64,000 nucleotides of DNA, from positions 2,304,001 through 2,368,000 of the forward strand of contig CAVZSV010000004.1 of the NCBI GenBank assembly GCA_963778115.1. The letters run 5' to 3'. The stretch's first letter is position 1. Each line of letters starts with the position of its first letter. The position numbers were made by a program, and so were the translations under genes. The notes under the pieces are model-generated. The model was not told where the DNA came from, made no database searches, and saw nothing but the letters and a program-made list of their open reading frames with translations. This DNA comes from an uncultured delta proteobacterium. GTDB lineage: Bacteria; Bdellovibrionota; FAC87; UBA2466. This document shows, one piece after another, positions 19,811 through 29,160 of this stretch.

Positions 19811-21034
19811 ATGGATCATTCAAATCTTATCGTTTACGAAAATATCACTCAGTGCTTGACCCTGAAAGGGGTCGCCGACAAAAAGGGGCGTCATACCAAA
19901 GAAGAGGATCTCGGCGTTATCAATAATGCGGCTGCTGTCGTCGATGGTGCTAATGACAAATTTGTTTGGATAGGCCCATCTCATGAACTTCCTGCTTTGT
20001 ATAACGATGTCGTAAATCGATACTCCAGCGAAGGAGAAATTTGGCTGCCCGAGTTGGTGGAATGCCATACGCATTTGATCTACGGGGGCACTCGCTATGG
20101 TGACTATGCGGATCGGTGCCGGGGGCGCACGTACCAAGATATTGCGGCCGCTGGTGGTGGGATTCTATCGACGATTCAACATACTCGGAGCGCCGAGCTG
20201 TCTAACCTGAAAGAAGCCGCATTGGCTGAGCTGGAGCGTTTTCAGAAATATGGCGTAGGCGTCGTTGAGATAAAATCCGGATACGGCTTAACTTTAGAGA
20301 GTGAACTTAAGATTCTCGAATGCATTCAGCAACTCAGAGAAGACACTTCGGTTCGGCTGGTCTCTACTTTTATGCCGGCCCATGCCATCCCTCCCGAATT
20401 CAAAGGGCGGGGCGATGCTTATGTGGATGAGATCGTGAGTGAGTGGATCCCTGAAGTAGCGGCAAATAAGGCAGCGGAGTTTTTCGACGTTTTCGTAGAA
20501 GACGGTTTTTTCTCGGTAGATCAGGCTAGAAAACTCTGTACCGCCGCCAAAGAGGCGGGTTTAAAGCTGAAATTACATTGCGATCAGTTTAAGGATATCG
20601 GAGGCGTTTCGCTTTCCCTGGAACTCGGGGCAACGAGTATCGATCATCTGGATAATAGTTCGGACGAGAGTGTCGAATTGGTGGCTAAATCGGACACGGT
20701 CGCCGTTCTTCTTCCAGGGGCTTCTCTATTTACGGGAACCCCCTACGCTCCCGCCAGAAAATTGATCGACGCGGGAGCTAGGGTAGCGCTGTCCACCGAC
20801 TTTAATCCAGGGACAAGCCCCACGCGAAATCTACCGCTCATGACGACAATAGCTTGCAGCCAAATGAAGATGACGGTCGCCGAGGCCATTGCGGGAATCA
20901 CTTACAACGCCGCTGCGGCGTTGGATCTTCAAGACACTTACGGTTCTTTGCAAGTCGGCAGACCTTTTAGAGTTTGCCAGTTGAAAGCAGAGTCGTATGA
21001 GATTTTGCCTTATTCTTTTGGGGAGCTGGAGTAG
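19811..21034 (+). CDS. hutI: Imidazolonepropionase
   Basis: CHTH, GGGILST, EIKSGYGL, STDFNPGTSP. Confidence 0.93.
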   Translation: MDHSNLIVYENITQCLTLKGVADKKGRHTKEEDLGVINNAAAVVDGANDKFVWIGPSHELPALYNDVVNRYSSEGEIWLPELVECHTHLIYGGTRYGDYADRCRGRTYQDIAAAGGGILSTIQHTRSAELSNLKEAALAELERFQKYGVGVVEIKSGYGLTLESELKILECIQQLREDTSVRLVSTFMPAHAIPPEFKGRGDAYVDEIVSEWIPEVAANKAAEFFDVFVEDGFFSVDQARKLCTAAKEAGLKLKLHCDQFKDIGGVSLSLELGATSIDHLDNSSDESVELVAKSDTVAVLLPGASLFTGTPYAPARKLIDAGARVALSTDFNPGTSPTRNLPLMTTIACSQMKMTVAEAIAGITYNAAAALDLQDTYGSLQVGRPFRVCQLKAESYEILPYSFGELE

Positions 21035-21044
21035 ATCAGAAAAA

Positions 21045-21084
21045 TGTCATTGAGGAGCCCGAAGGGCGACGCGGCAACCTGTAG
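21045..21084. repeat. REP-like intergenic palindromic element, copy 1
   Basis: TGTCATTGAGGAGCCCGAAGGGCGACGCGGCAACCTGTAG with a GCCC-GAA-GGGC hairpin; related copy in reverse at 50798-50832. Confidence 0.55.
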
Positions 21085-21158
21085 ATCGTAATTAGCGCGG
21101 ACTTTGGCGGCCATCAAAAAAACTGTCATTAAGGCGGCTACGCCGCTTATCCTTAATT

Positions 21159-21182
21159 TTAATCTTGAGATGAATCCTTAAG
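21159..21182. repeat. 24-bp AT-rich motif, copy 2
   Basis: TTAATCTTGAGATGAATCCTTAAG; 22/24 identical to 1704-1727. Confidence 0.6.
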
Positions 21183-21195
21183 TGAGTAAGTGAGG

Positions 21196-21975
21196 TTACC
21201 AAACGTAATTCGCCTTTAGAAAAAAGATGTGATTCTGGTACCCCTGCCCCAGCCCTATTCCCTCATAAGAATACGTCCCACTCAGATCCCAGTGCTCATT
21301 CAAGCTGGCCCCCACCCACAATCCTAGCGGCACGGTGAACCGTGCATCCCCCACAGGACGCCTTGAATTTTCGAAGAGCTCGACGATAGCTCCCGGCGGA
21401 AGAAAAAAAGTTTGTGAGAGCGACAATGAGAAAAGAGGACGAAGCGCCAAATGGGGATGCACTTGCCATAACGGGCCTAAAGTAACAGCGGACGCCCAGA
21501 GGGCTCCTCCCCCTTGAAATGGAAAGATGGGATTTAAAACGATGTCGGCGTCCAGCGACAGATTGTGAAAGAAGTACTGGCGGCGAAACACGGAAAACGA
21601 CGGGCGAAATTTAAGCCCGCTTTGAGACTGGTAACTGTAACCGGCGAAGAAGGAAAGGCCTACCTCTTGCTCCTCGTTTCGAAGCACCTGGTATCGAATG
21701 CCTGCCGACACTGGAAACACAACCAAGGTCAAGTCACTGTCTAATGGCAAGTCGTAAGCAGGGATGGGAATTCCGAAAGTAAATCCGCTTCCCGTGGGGT
21801 TAATTCCAATTTGTTGGAGGGCCCACGCTTCTGCGGCATGCATTCCCTTGGGAAGCGTATAAGGGCGGTCGATAAAGCTTCTGGAGTAAGGCCTGACCGG
21901 CTCTTCGCTTTTAGCAATCGAAGGAATTAAAAAAAAGGCTGAAAGCAATAAGGCAAGTAGGTAGAGCCGCATCAT
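21196..21975 (-). CDS. Hypothetical outer-membrane beta-barrel protein
   Basis: Signal peptide, amphipathic strands, C-terminal LKANYVW; ATG overlaps the nadB stop (ATGA). Confidence 0.65.
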   Translation of the reverse strand: MMRLYLLALLLSAFFLIPSIAKSEEPVRPYSRSFIDRPYTLPKGMHAAEAWALQQIGINPTGSGFTFGIPIPAYDLPLDSDLTLVVFPVSAGIRYQVLRNEEQEVGLSFFAGYSYQSQSGLKFRPSFSVFRRQYFFHNLSLDADIVLNPIFPFQGGGALWASAVTLGPLWQVHPHLALRPLFSLSLSQTFFLPPGAIVELFENSRRPVGDARFTVPLGLWVGASLNEHWDLSGTYSYEGIGLGQGYQNHIFFLKANYVW

Positions 21976-23555
21976 ATTTCTAATTCTTCGCGCTGATAAC
22001 AACCCAGAGACTTAGTGTTCTTCTTACACGCATCTAAAATAAGAAGAGCCACTAAAGAGGCGTGACGAAGGCCGATCAAAGCATCACTAAGAGCTGCCTT
22101 ACGGTAGAAGACGTCGATACCGCGGTCAAGCTCGGTTAAAATTCCCTCGGCTCGTTTCAAGCGGGCGTCGGTTTTGATAAGCCCCACATAATTCCACATC
22201 GTGTGTTTGAGGGTTAGCCAGTCCTGGCTCAGAAACGACGGATGACCACGTGCTGTTTCCGATTTCCAACTTTCTATTTCGGGGGCGCACGAACTTGGAC
22301 TGTTCGATTATCATCTCCGCAATCGAAATTCCGCTACGGCTTCCCCAAACCAACCCTTCCAAGAGCGAGGTGCTAGCTAACCGGTTAGCACCATGAAGGC
22401 CGGTGCAAGCAGTCTCCCCCGCGGCCCATAGTCGGGGAATGGAGGTTTTCCTTCTAGATCCGTCCAGACTCCGCCGCAGGCATAGTGGGCGCCCGGCACG
22501 ACTGGGATAGGAGACTTGGTGATGTCGACCCCATATCTGGGACAACTTTGGTGAACAAAAGGAAACCTCTCCGCAATCCATTGGGGGTCTCTGTGGCTAA
22601 TATCCAAATAGACGCAAGAGGCTCCGGTGGAGAGCATCTCTTGGTGAATGCCTTTGGCAACTCTGTCGCGGGGAGCTAGCTCCGGATTGGCAAATTCGGG
22701 AAGATACTTTGAAAGAAATCGTTCCCCTGATTGGTTGATTAGGATGGCCCCTTCTCCGCGCAGGGCCTCTGAAACCAAGAAGCGTCGACTCGCCGGATGG
22801 AAAAAAGTGGTGGGATGAAACTGAATGTACTCTAGATTTTCCAGCCGGCATCCAGCTCTATGGGCAAGAGCGATACCGTCGCCGCGAGAGAATTTACTGT
22901 TGGTGTTATGCAAGTAGAGCTGACCAATCCCCCCTGTGGCTAACATCGTATGGGAAGCATAAACGGGATAGACCTCTTTGGTGCTTTGATCGAAAACAAA
23001 CGCACCAAAACACCGGGCCTTTTCGTGAAGGCGCGATTTATCTTTCGGATGGTAGGACGTCATCAGGAGGTTTACCGCGGTGGTTCGCGGAACCAACTGT
23101 ATTTTGGGGTGCGCCTTACAGGCTTCGAGTAGCCCTATCTCAATCGCTTTTCCCGATTGATCCCCCCAATGCAGAATGCGGGAATTGGTATGGCCGCCTT
23201 CTCGAGTGAGGTGGAGTTTTTCTCCATCGCGGTCAAACGAGACGCGCGCTTTTTGAATTAAAATTTGATCCACCAGTTGCGGTCCCAACTCCACCAGTTG
23301 ACGAACCGCCGGAAGGTAATTGATTTCGCACCCGGCGTGCAGAATATCGTCTACAAGAAGCGGCTTGTCGGCTTCCGGCTCCTCCGATTGGTAAATAACT
23401 CCTCCTTGAGCCCAGTGGGTATTGCTTTCTCCAAGTTCCGGCGCGCAGGAGATGACGGTGACCTCAACTCCGTTTTCGGCGGCAGCCAGTGCCGCTGAAA
23501 GGCCGGCGATTCCGCTTCCTATGACTAAGGCATCGGTTTCGATAAGGTGGCTCAT
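21972..23555 (-). CDS. nadB: L-aspartate oxidase, interrupted as sequenced by two compensating indels (~22447 and ~22287)
   Basis: GSGIAG FAD motif, [33 protein letters not shown]; then [21 protein letters not shown] in a second frame; then [15 protein letters not shown] back in the first frame. Confidence 0.92.
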
Positions 23556-24400
23556 TTTTTCTTAAGTTCAGTGTCGAGCGTTAGATCGAGTGAAGTCACT
23601 GTGTGGGTAAGCCGTCCGACGCTGATATAGTCAACCCCTAAAGCCGCAAGTTCCTTCACTTGTTCTAAGCGGACTCCGCCCGAAACTTCGACTCGACATC
23701 TACGATCGATCAGGTGAAGCGCTTTTTTCATCGCTTCGACAGGCAAGTTATCCAGCATGATGACGTCGGGCAGATCAGGCGAAGTCAGTACCTGCTCTAA
23801 TTGCTCCAGACTCTGGACCTCAATCTCAATGCCATGTAGCGGGGACCGTTGTTTGGCGGCTTGGGCCAAGATCTCAATTTCGCTCGAGAACGCCAAGTGG
23901 TTGTCCTTGATTAAGATTCCATCGCTCAAATTTCGGCGGTGCACCGTTCCTCCTCCGGCACGAACGGCTTGGAGTTGGATCTCTCTTAAACCAGGAAGTG
24001 TCTTTCGGGTGGCCAGGATTTTCGTCTTGTGGGAACCAACTTCGTCTACGAACTGTCGTGTCACAGAAGCAATTCCACACGTGTGCCCTAAGAAGTTAAG
24101 CAGCGTGCGTTCCAAAGAGAGCGTGAGTTTAGCGTCGGCGAAGAAAGTGAGGAGCGGCTCATTCGGAGAGAGGGCATCTCCATCTCTCTTAAGTATATGA
24201 AATTCAATAATATTGTTAAATATCTGCTGAAAGGCCCCTATAATAGCTTCTCCCGAAAACACCCCGGGTTCACGGGTTTTTACCCAGGATTGCGCCGGAA
24301 GTGCGGCGTCCGGCAGTAATCGGCTCGTCACATCATCAGTGAGTTTGTCGACGCTGAGTTCCGTCTTAATGAGTCGAATCGTAGAGAAAGAAACGTTCAT
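23552..24400 (-). CDS. nadC: Nicotinate-nucleotide diphosphorylase (quinolinate phosphoribosyltransferase)
   Basis: ERTLLNFL, TRKTLPG, LIKDNH, IEIEV, IMLDN, EVSGG, ISVGRLTH. Confidence 0.95.
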   Translation of the reverse strand: MNVSFSTIRLIKTELSVDKLTDDVTSRLLPDAALPAQSWVKTREPGVFSGEAIIGAFQQIFNNIIEFHILKRDGDALSPNEPLLTFFADAKLTLSLERTLLNFLGHTCGIASVTRQFVDEVGSHKTKILATRKTLPGLREIQLQAVRAGGGTVHRRNLSDGILIKDNHLAFSSEIEILAQAAKQRSPLHGIEIEVQSLEQLEQVLTSPDLPDVIMLDNLPVEAMKKALHLIDRRCRVEVSGGVRLEQVKELAALGVDYISVGRLTHTVTSLDLTLDTELKKK

Positions 24401-24457
24401 CCGGACTGGTTATCATAAACCCTCCAGACAAACAAAGGGGCTGGTCAAATGGGGGTT

Positions 24458-25096
24458 TTAGAATCCTCGCCCTATCCAGCTTTGCAGCCGTTTACTTTCA
24501 AATAGGGACCATTCCAAAACCGCAGCAGTGGCGGTGACTGCTAAGCCTCCTAAGATGTCGACAAAGTAGTGCTGTTTGGTAGTCATCGTGGAGATCGCAA
24601 TGGCCAGAGTCCAGAGCCAGAAAGTGATATTAATTCTGCGTCCCAAACGCCGGGACGCCCAAGCAAAGACCCCCGCCTGCGCCACGTGCATACTGGGGAA
24701 ACAGTTGGTCGGCATATCCGCCGTGGCTATCAAATGGAGCAAGGCCTGAATAAAAAATGGCTGCCCGGTAGGGTATTCGGGACGAGGGTAGATGGTCGGG
24801 GCGAAAAAGAAAAAAATTCCGCAAATCACCAGGGCCATAAATGCCATTCGGGTCAATGCATTGAAGTCTTCCAGATTCTTGGTGAGTACGATACCCGTAA
24901 TCGCTAGGGCATAGTCCGACAGATAGATAATAAAAGTCCATGGAAGGAAGGGAACCAACTCATCTATCCCAAGCAAGGGTAAACGCACGGGCGGGAAGAA
25001 CGGCCTAAAGTTGGGTAATAGGTAGAAAAAGGCATAGACCACCGCGAAAAGGCTTAAGAGACGGAGCTTGTGTTTCCACCCACAAGTTGAAGACAT
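24458..25096 (-). CDS. PAP2/PAP2_3 family membrane phosphatase
   Basis: NCFPSMHVA and STMTTKQHYFVDILGG; several TM helices. Confidence 0.85.
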   Translation of the reverse strand: MSSTCGWKHKLRLLSLFAVVYAFFYLLPNFRPFFPPVRLPLLGIDELVPFLPWTFIIYLSDYALAITGIVLTKNLEDFNALTRMAFMALVICGIFFFFAPTIYPRPEYPTGQPFFIQALLHLIATADMPTNCFPSMHVAQAGVFAWASRRLGRRINITFWLWTLAIAISTMTTKQHYFVDILGGLAVTATAAVLEWSLFESKRLQSWIGRGF

Positions 25097-25133
25097 CCGC
25101 CCATCTCATCAAACGGGGCTGCTATCGTCAAAG

Positions 25134-25688
25134 TCATTGTATGGCATGATCGATTTGGGCAACGATTTGAGGGTCCAACCAGTTTCGGGGCCCTTCGTAT
25201 GCTTTAAGGAGCTCGCCACCGGGGCCAATGAGGACTGATACCGGAATGGCGTTGACGTCGTAGGGACGCATGGTTTCTTCGGTGGGTTCTACAAAAACGT
25301 GGCTGGGTAAGGTTCCACTGGCGAGCAGAGGGCCTATCTGGCTCGCTTTCTCTTCCACGTTGATCAAGACCATCATGAAATTGCGGCCGGCGAACTTGGC
25401 TTCCAGCTGCTTAAGTCCTCCCATCTCCTCCATGCAGGGGCCGCACCAACTAGCCCAAAAATTTACCAGAAGCGTCTTTCCCCGGAAATCAGACAGTTTT
25501 GCTGTCTTTCCCGCGGGGTCTTTGAAGACGATATCGGGCGCAATCTTGCCGCCGCCTTTGGACTTTGGGTTCCATACTCTGACAAAAAGTACGGGCGAGA
25601 CAAGCAAGAGGCCTAATAGGACCCAGATGGTCCAGCGTGGGATTCCAGCGGGTGCCTGGGGTGGTGGTGCGGTGTTCTCATTTGCCAT
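25134..25688 (-). CDS. TlpA/ResA-family thiol:disulfide oxidoreductase
   Basis: N-terminal TM anchor, LSDFRGK, NFWASWCGPC. Confidence 0.9.
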   Translation of the reverse strand: MANENTAPPPQAPAGIPRWTIWVLLGLLLVSPVLFVRVWNPKSKGGGKIAPDIVFKDPAGKTAKLSDFRGKTLLVNFWASWCGPCMEEMGGLKQLEAKFAGRNFMMVLINVEEKASQIGPLLASGTLPSHVFVEPTEETMRPYDVNAIPVSVLIGPGGELLKAYEGPRNWLDPQIVAQIDHAIQ

Positions 25689-25763
25689 TGTCAGCCTCTC
25701 CGGTCTAGATTGGTCCCATTATAACGGAAACGTCAGAAATTGAGAGAGTGAAGAGTTATCCTG

Positions 25764-26249
25764 ATGAACGAAATGACCAAAAAAGCGCTTTATGGCCCGG
25801 TGAAGGTCGGCGGAGACATTCTCTCGTTCTGCACCAAATGCAAGATGGAATTAGCCCATGTTGTGGTTTCCATGATCGATGGACGAGCCGCGAAAGTAAT
25901 CTGCAAGACATGTAAGTCTCAGCATAACCACCGTAAAGGAGGGAGTGCCGAGCCCCGAGCGACTTCATCCCGACAGGGATCGGCAAAGACGCCACGAGTT
26001 CCCGTTTCCGTCATGCGGGTCGCTGAGTTGTGGCAAAAGAAAGTAAACGAAAGCAAAGCTTCGGTTCCGAAACCGTATCAAACGTCGTCAGTTTACATAG
26101 CGGGGGATGCTATCGAGCATCCCAAGTTCGGTCTTGGCATTGTCGAAGAGGTTAAGACCAACGGAAAAATGGTCGTGATCTTCCGTGATGCTGAGCGCGT
26201 TCTTGTACACGCGATGGGAGCTTCCAGTGGCGCCGCCTCCGCCTCCTGA
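25764..26249 (+). CDS. Hypothetical protein: Zn-ribbon plus PcrA/UvrD-CTD-like Tudor domain
   Basis: CTKCK...CKTCK N-terminus; YIAGDAIEHPKFGLGIV...VIF C-terminus. Confidence 0.75.
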   Translation: MNEMTKKALYGPVKVGGDILSFCTKCKMELAHVVVSMIDGRAAKVICKTCKSQHNHRKGGSAEPRATSSRQGSAKTPRVPVSVMRVAELWQKKVNESKASVPKPYQTSSVYIAGDAIEHPKFGLGIVEEVKTNGKMVVIFRDAERVLVHAMGASSGAASAS

Positions 26250-26841
26250 GCAGGCTGCTCAGTTTCGGCTTTCCTCCGGTGAAGAGAGTTCCCTCTTAAA
26301 GTTGGCCCGACAAACTTTAAAAGTCTGCGCGACCAGCGAGAGTTGCGACCCTGTCTTGGAGAGTTTTAAAAAGAGTCCTCAATCCTTGGAACCGCAGCTT
26401 CTAGAAAATTTGGCCTGTTTTGTGACACTAACTCAAAAAAATGGTCGCCTCCGAGGTTGCGTCGGTTGTCTCGAGGGGTACCAATCCCTGTACAAGAACG
26501 TATTTCAGTTTACGCAGAAAGCGGCACTTGAGGATCCTAGATTCGATGCGGTTACGCCTAACGAAGTGCCGAAACTAGTGATCAGTATTTCAGTGCTAGG
26601 CCCGATGCAGCCTTTACCAGATATCAACCTACTAGAGTTGGGAAAACAGGGGCTCTATGTCCACCACCAGAAAAACCACGGGGTGCTACTCGCTAAAGTG
26701 GCTACCGAGTGGGGCTGGGATCAAAAAGAGTATGCGATGCGGACATGCGAAAAGGCGGGACTAGCACCTGAGCGATGGAAGCAATATGAGTTTTTCTATT
26801 TTGATGAAGTTAGTTTCTCAGAGCGAGGAGAAGAAAAGTGA
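26227..26841 (+). CDS. AMMECR1-domain protein (AmmeMemoRadiSam system protein A-like)
   Basis: CFVTL...LRGCVG, AALEDPRF, ISISVL, CEKAGL; start uncertain (GTG 26227 after GGGAG). Confidence 0.88.
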   Translation: MAPPPPPEQAAQFRLSSGEESSLLKLARQTLKVCATSESCDPVLESFKKSPQSLEPQLLENLACFVTLTQKNGRLRGCVGCLEGYQSLYKNVFQFTQKAALEDPRFDAVTPNEVPKLVISISVLGPMQPLPDINLLELGKQGLYVHHQKNHGVLLAKVATEWGWDQKEYAMRTCEKAGLAPERWKQYEFFYFDEVSFSERGEEK

Positions 26842-27170
26842 AAAGTAAGATTACCGTAATCGCGACGATTCAAGCCAAACCCGGAAAAGAAGAGGCCTTT
26901 CGGGAAGCTATCTTGAAAGTAATGCGTCTCACCCATGAAGAGTCAGGTTGTCTACATTACAGTGTTCATCAAGGATCTGATAGGTCCAACGAGTTTGTGA
27001 CGATCGAACGCTGGGCACACCACTCCGATTTAGATCTCCACATGCAGACGCCGCATTTGATGGAACTTCTTAAACGAGTTCCTGAGCTCGTTCAGGGTGC
27101 GCCTAAGATTGAGATCTTCCATCAGATTGGAGACGACTCAAGTCCTAAGACGATGCTGGAGAGAGAGTAA
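26838..27170 (+). CDS. Antibiotic biosynthesis monooxygenase (ABM) / putative quinol monooxygenase
   Basis: VIATIQAKPGKEE, EESGCLHY, ERW, HMQTPH. Confidence 0.88.
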   Translation: MKSKITVIATIQAKPGKEEAFREAILKVMRLTHEESGCLHYSVHQGSDRSNEFVTIERWAHHSDLDLHMQTPHLMELLKRVPELVQGAPKIEIFHQIGDDSSPKTMLERE

Positions 27171-27215
27171 AAGCCTTATCCAAGCATAAGGATGCCGGCG
27201 AGGAAGGTAACGAAG

Positions 27216-28250
27216 TTACTTCGACAACGCCGTAATTCTCTTTGGTCCCTGGTACTCCACGACTCCGTTGTCTAGTTGATCCAGCTTTTCGCTGTAGATC
27301 AGACGGTAACTATTTCGAAGCCCTCCCGGAACGGAAAAGGCGGTGAGCATTCCATCCAGAAAAGGCATCATCTGAATAACCCGGGCTGCCCCTTCATAAC
27401 GGAGTGCACCAGCGCCAAGAGAAGTGCCATTCGGACTAAAGCGCACTTGGTAAATATCGGAGGAACTATCGGCATGACCAAAGGCTGTCAGAACTCCGTC
27501 ATTTTGCACGGCCATTTCGATTACCGGAGAAGTTCCGTCGTAACGAATGTCCCCACTCTGAAGGGCGCGAACATTGGTGCTGAAATGGACTTGGAATCGA
27601 GGTGGGGTTCCCGGAACATTTGAAAACGCGGTGAGTACCCCTGCTCGATAAGCGATCATCGAGGAAATGGGTTGAGGACCTTTGTGCAACGGCGGACTGA
27701 AGTGGGATCCGTCTGTGCTAAACGCGGTACAATAGGTAAATCCGTCACAATAGCAATTACGAAGAGCGGCATAGACTCCGTTGTTGAAGCGAGTGAGGGA
27801 CACAATGGACGAACAGCCATAATATGCTTCGGGGGCTTTCTCGGGATCTTCGGCGTCTTTAGTGAATTTTATCCTTTGAACCGATGTGATGGCACTCCCT
27901 TCGGAAAGAGCGGTGCTCACACCTCCGTTAAAGCGAAGCATCGCGGGTGTGGTTTTATTCCCGGCCGAAATCACTTTGCCGGCACCCAGATTCTTTCCGG
28001 TGGAATTATATTGGATTTCATAGGGAGACTCTTGCCCGCTGTTAGCAAAGGCTATCCAAATTGCCTCTTCCTTCTTCGTGGCTCTCTTAGGACTTGGCGC
28101 CTGGGGAGGGAGCGTTTTAACCGGCGGAGTCGTCCCCGGAGTAGAACTGGGTATGGATAGAAGACCCATTGTCGGCGTTGACCCTCCACAATGAGTTAAA
28201 AGCACGATTAAACATAGGCCACTCACGGCGGACGGGACTCTTCGGAACAT
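27216..28250 (-). CDS. Lipoprotein with about six tandem ~48-aa repeats (probable beta-propeller)
   Basis: Lipoprotein signal ...LLTHC; Pro-rich linker; repeats GVLTAF...Y.V.FS.NG..LG.G..RY.G; GGAGG RBS. Confidence 0.75.
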   Translation of the reverse strand: MFRRVPSAVSGLCLIVLLTHCGGSTPTMGLLSIPSSTPGTTPPVKTLPPQAPSPKRATKKEEAIWIAFANSGQESPYEIQYNSTGKNLGAGKVISAGNKTTPAMLRFNGGVSTALSEGSAITSVQRIKFTKDAEDPEKAPEAYYGCSSIVSLTRFNNGVYAALRNCYCDGFTYCTAFSTDGSHFSPPLHKGPQPISSMIAYRAGVLTAFSNVPGTPPRFQVHFSTNVRALQSGDIRYDGTSPVIEMAVQNDGVLTAFGHADSSSDIYQVRFSPNGTSLGAGALRYEGAARVIQMMPFLDGMLTAFSVPGGLRNSYRLIYSEKLDQLDNGVVEYQGPKRITALSK

Positions 28251-28318
28251 AAAACCTCCATCGGGGTGAATTCCCCCCTGATTTTTACGAATACGATTCA
28301 ACCCTTGCCCCGAGATAG

Positions 28319-28334
28319 AGCAACATGCGTACCA
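28319..28334 (-). promoter_or_regulatory. Putative sigma54 (-24/-12) promoter
   Basis: TGGTACGCATGTTGCT (GG-N10-GC) about 70 nt upstream of the repeat lipoprotein. Confidence 0.6.
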
Positions 28335-28458
28335 ACATTCAACCACGGGGCTGGAGGCTAAATTCCGAAGCAGAAAGCTCGAGTTGTCTCAAAGGTGGAA
28401 CAGAAGCGGTAGAATATGATTCAGAGGTGAATCGAAAAGTATCGTTAAGCCTATCGCC

Positions 28459-29160
28459 TTATAGTTCGCCCAAATAGGCTTTTCTCACGGAGTCGTTCTT
28501 CAACAAAGACGCCGACAGATCGGTGTAGACGATATTTCCCACTTCTAAAACGTAACCTCGATGAGAAACCTTGAGGGCTGCTTGAGCGTTCTGTTCGACA
28601 AGAAGGACGGTCGTCCCGAACGAATTGATCCGTTGAATGGTTTCAAAAATAGATTTTGTAATTTGCGGAGCGAGTCCCAAAGAAGGCTCATCTAGGATCA
28701 TTAGCTTAGGCCGTGAAAGAAGCGCACGGCTAATCGCCAGCATTTGTTGTTCGCCGCCCGAAAGGGTTCCTGCTATCTGTTTTTGCCGCTCTTCCAAACG
28801 GGGGAACAGATCGTAAACCTCTTTGAGGTCATTTTTTTGAAGCTTTCGAATGAAAGCTCCCATCAACAGATTTTCGTAGACCGTAAGGTTAGCGAAGATT
28901 CCTCTTCGTTCGGGGACATGCGAGATTCCAAGCCTAACTATCTGATGGGGCTTGACCTTAAGAATACTTTTGCCTTCAAATTCAATTTGACCTGCCGTAG
29001 GGCGAATGAGTCCCGAGATCGTTCGCAGGATAGTAGTTTTGCCGGCGCCATTGGCGCCGATGAGGGTAACGATCTCTCCTGCTTGTACTTCCAAGGAGAG
29101 ATCGTGGATCACTTCGATGAGGCCGTAAGCCACATGAAGATGATTGATTCTTAAGATCAT
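28459..29160 (-). CDS. livF: Branched-chain amino acid ABC transporter ATP-binding protein
   Basis: GANGAGKTT, LSGGEQQMLAI, LDEPSLGLAP, LLVEQNA. Confidence 0.95.
   Translation of the reverse strand: MILRINHLHVAYGLIEVIHDLSLEVQAGEIVTLIGANGAGKTTILRTISGLIRPTAGQIEFEGKSILKVKPHQIVRLGISHVPERRGIFANLTVYENLLMGAFIRKLQKNDLKEVYDLFPRLEERQKQIAGTLSGGEQQMLAISRALLSRPKLMILDEPSLGLAPQITKSIFETIQRINSFGTTVLLVEQNAQAALKVSHRGYVLEVGNIVYTDLSASLLKNDSVRKAYLGEL

Noticed and set aside
22440..22455. Programmed ribosomal frameshifting in nadB, purL or alaS
   Set aside because: No in-frame X XXY YYZ slippery heptamer or obvious stimulator; the indels sit in short homopolymers, as expected for sequencing errors
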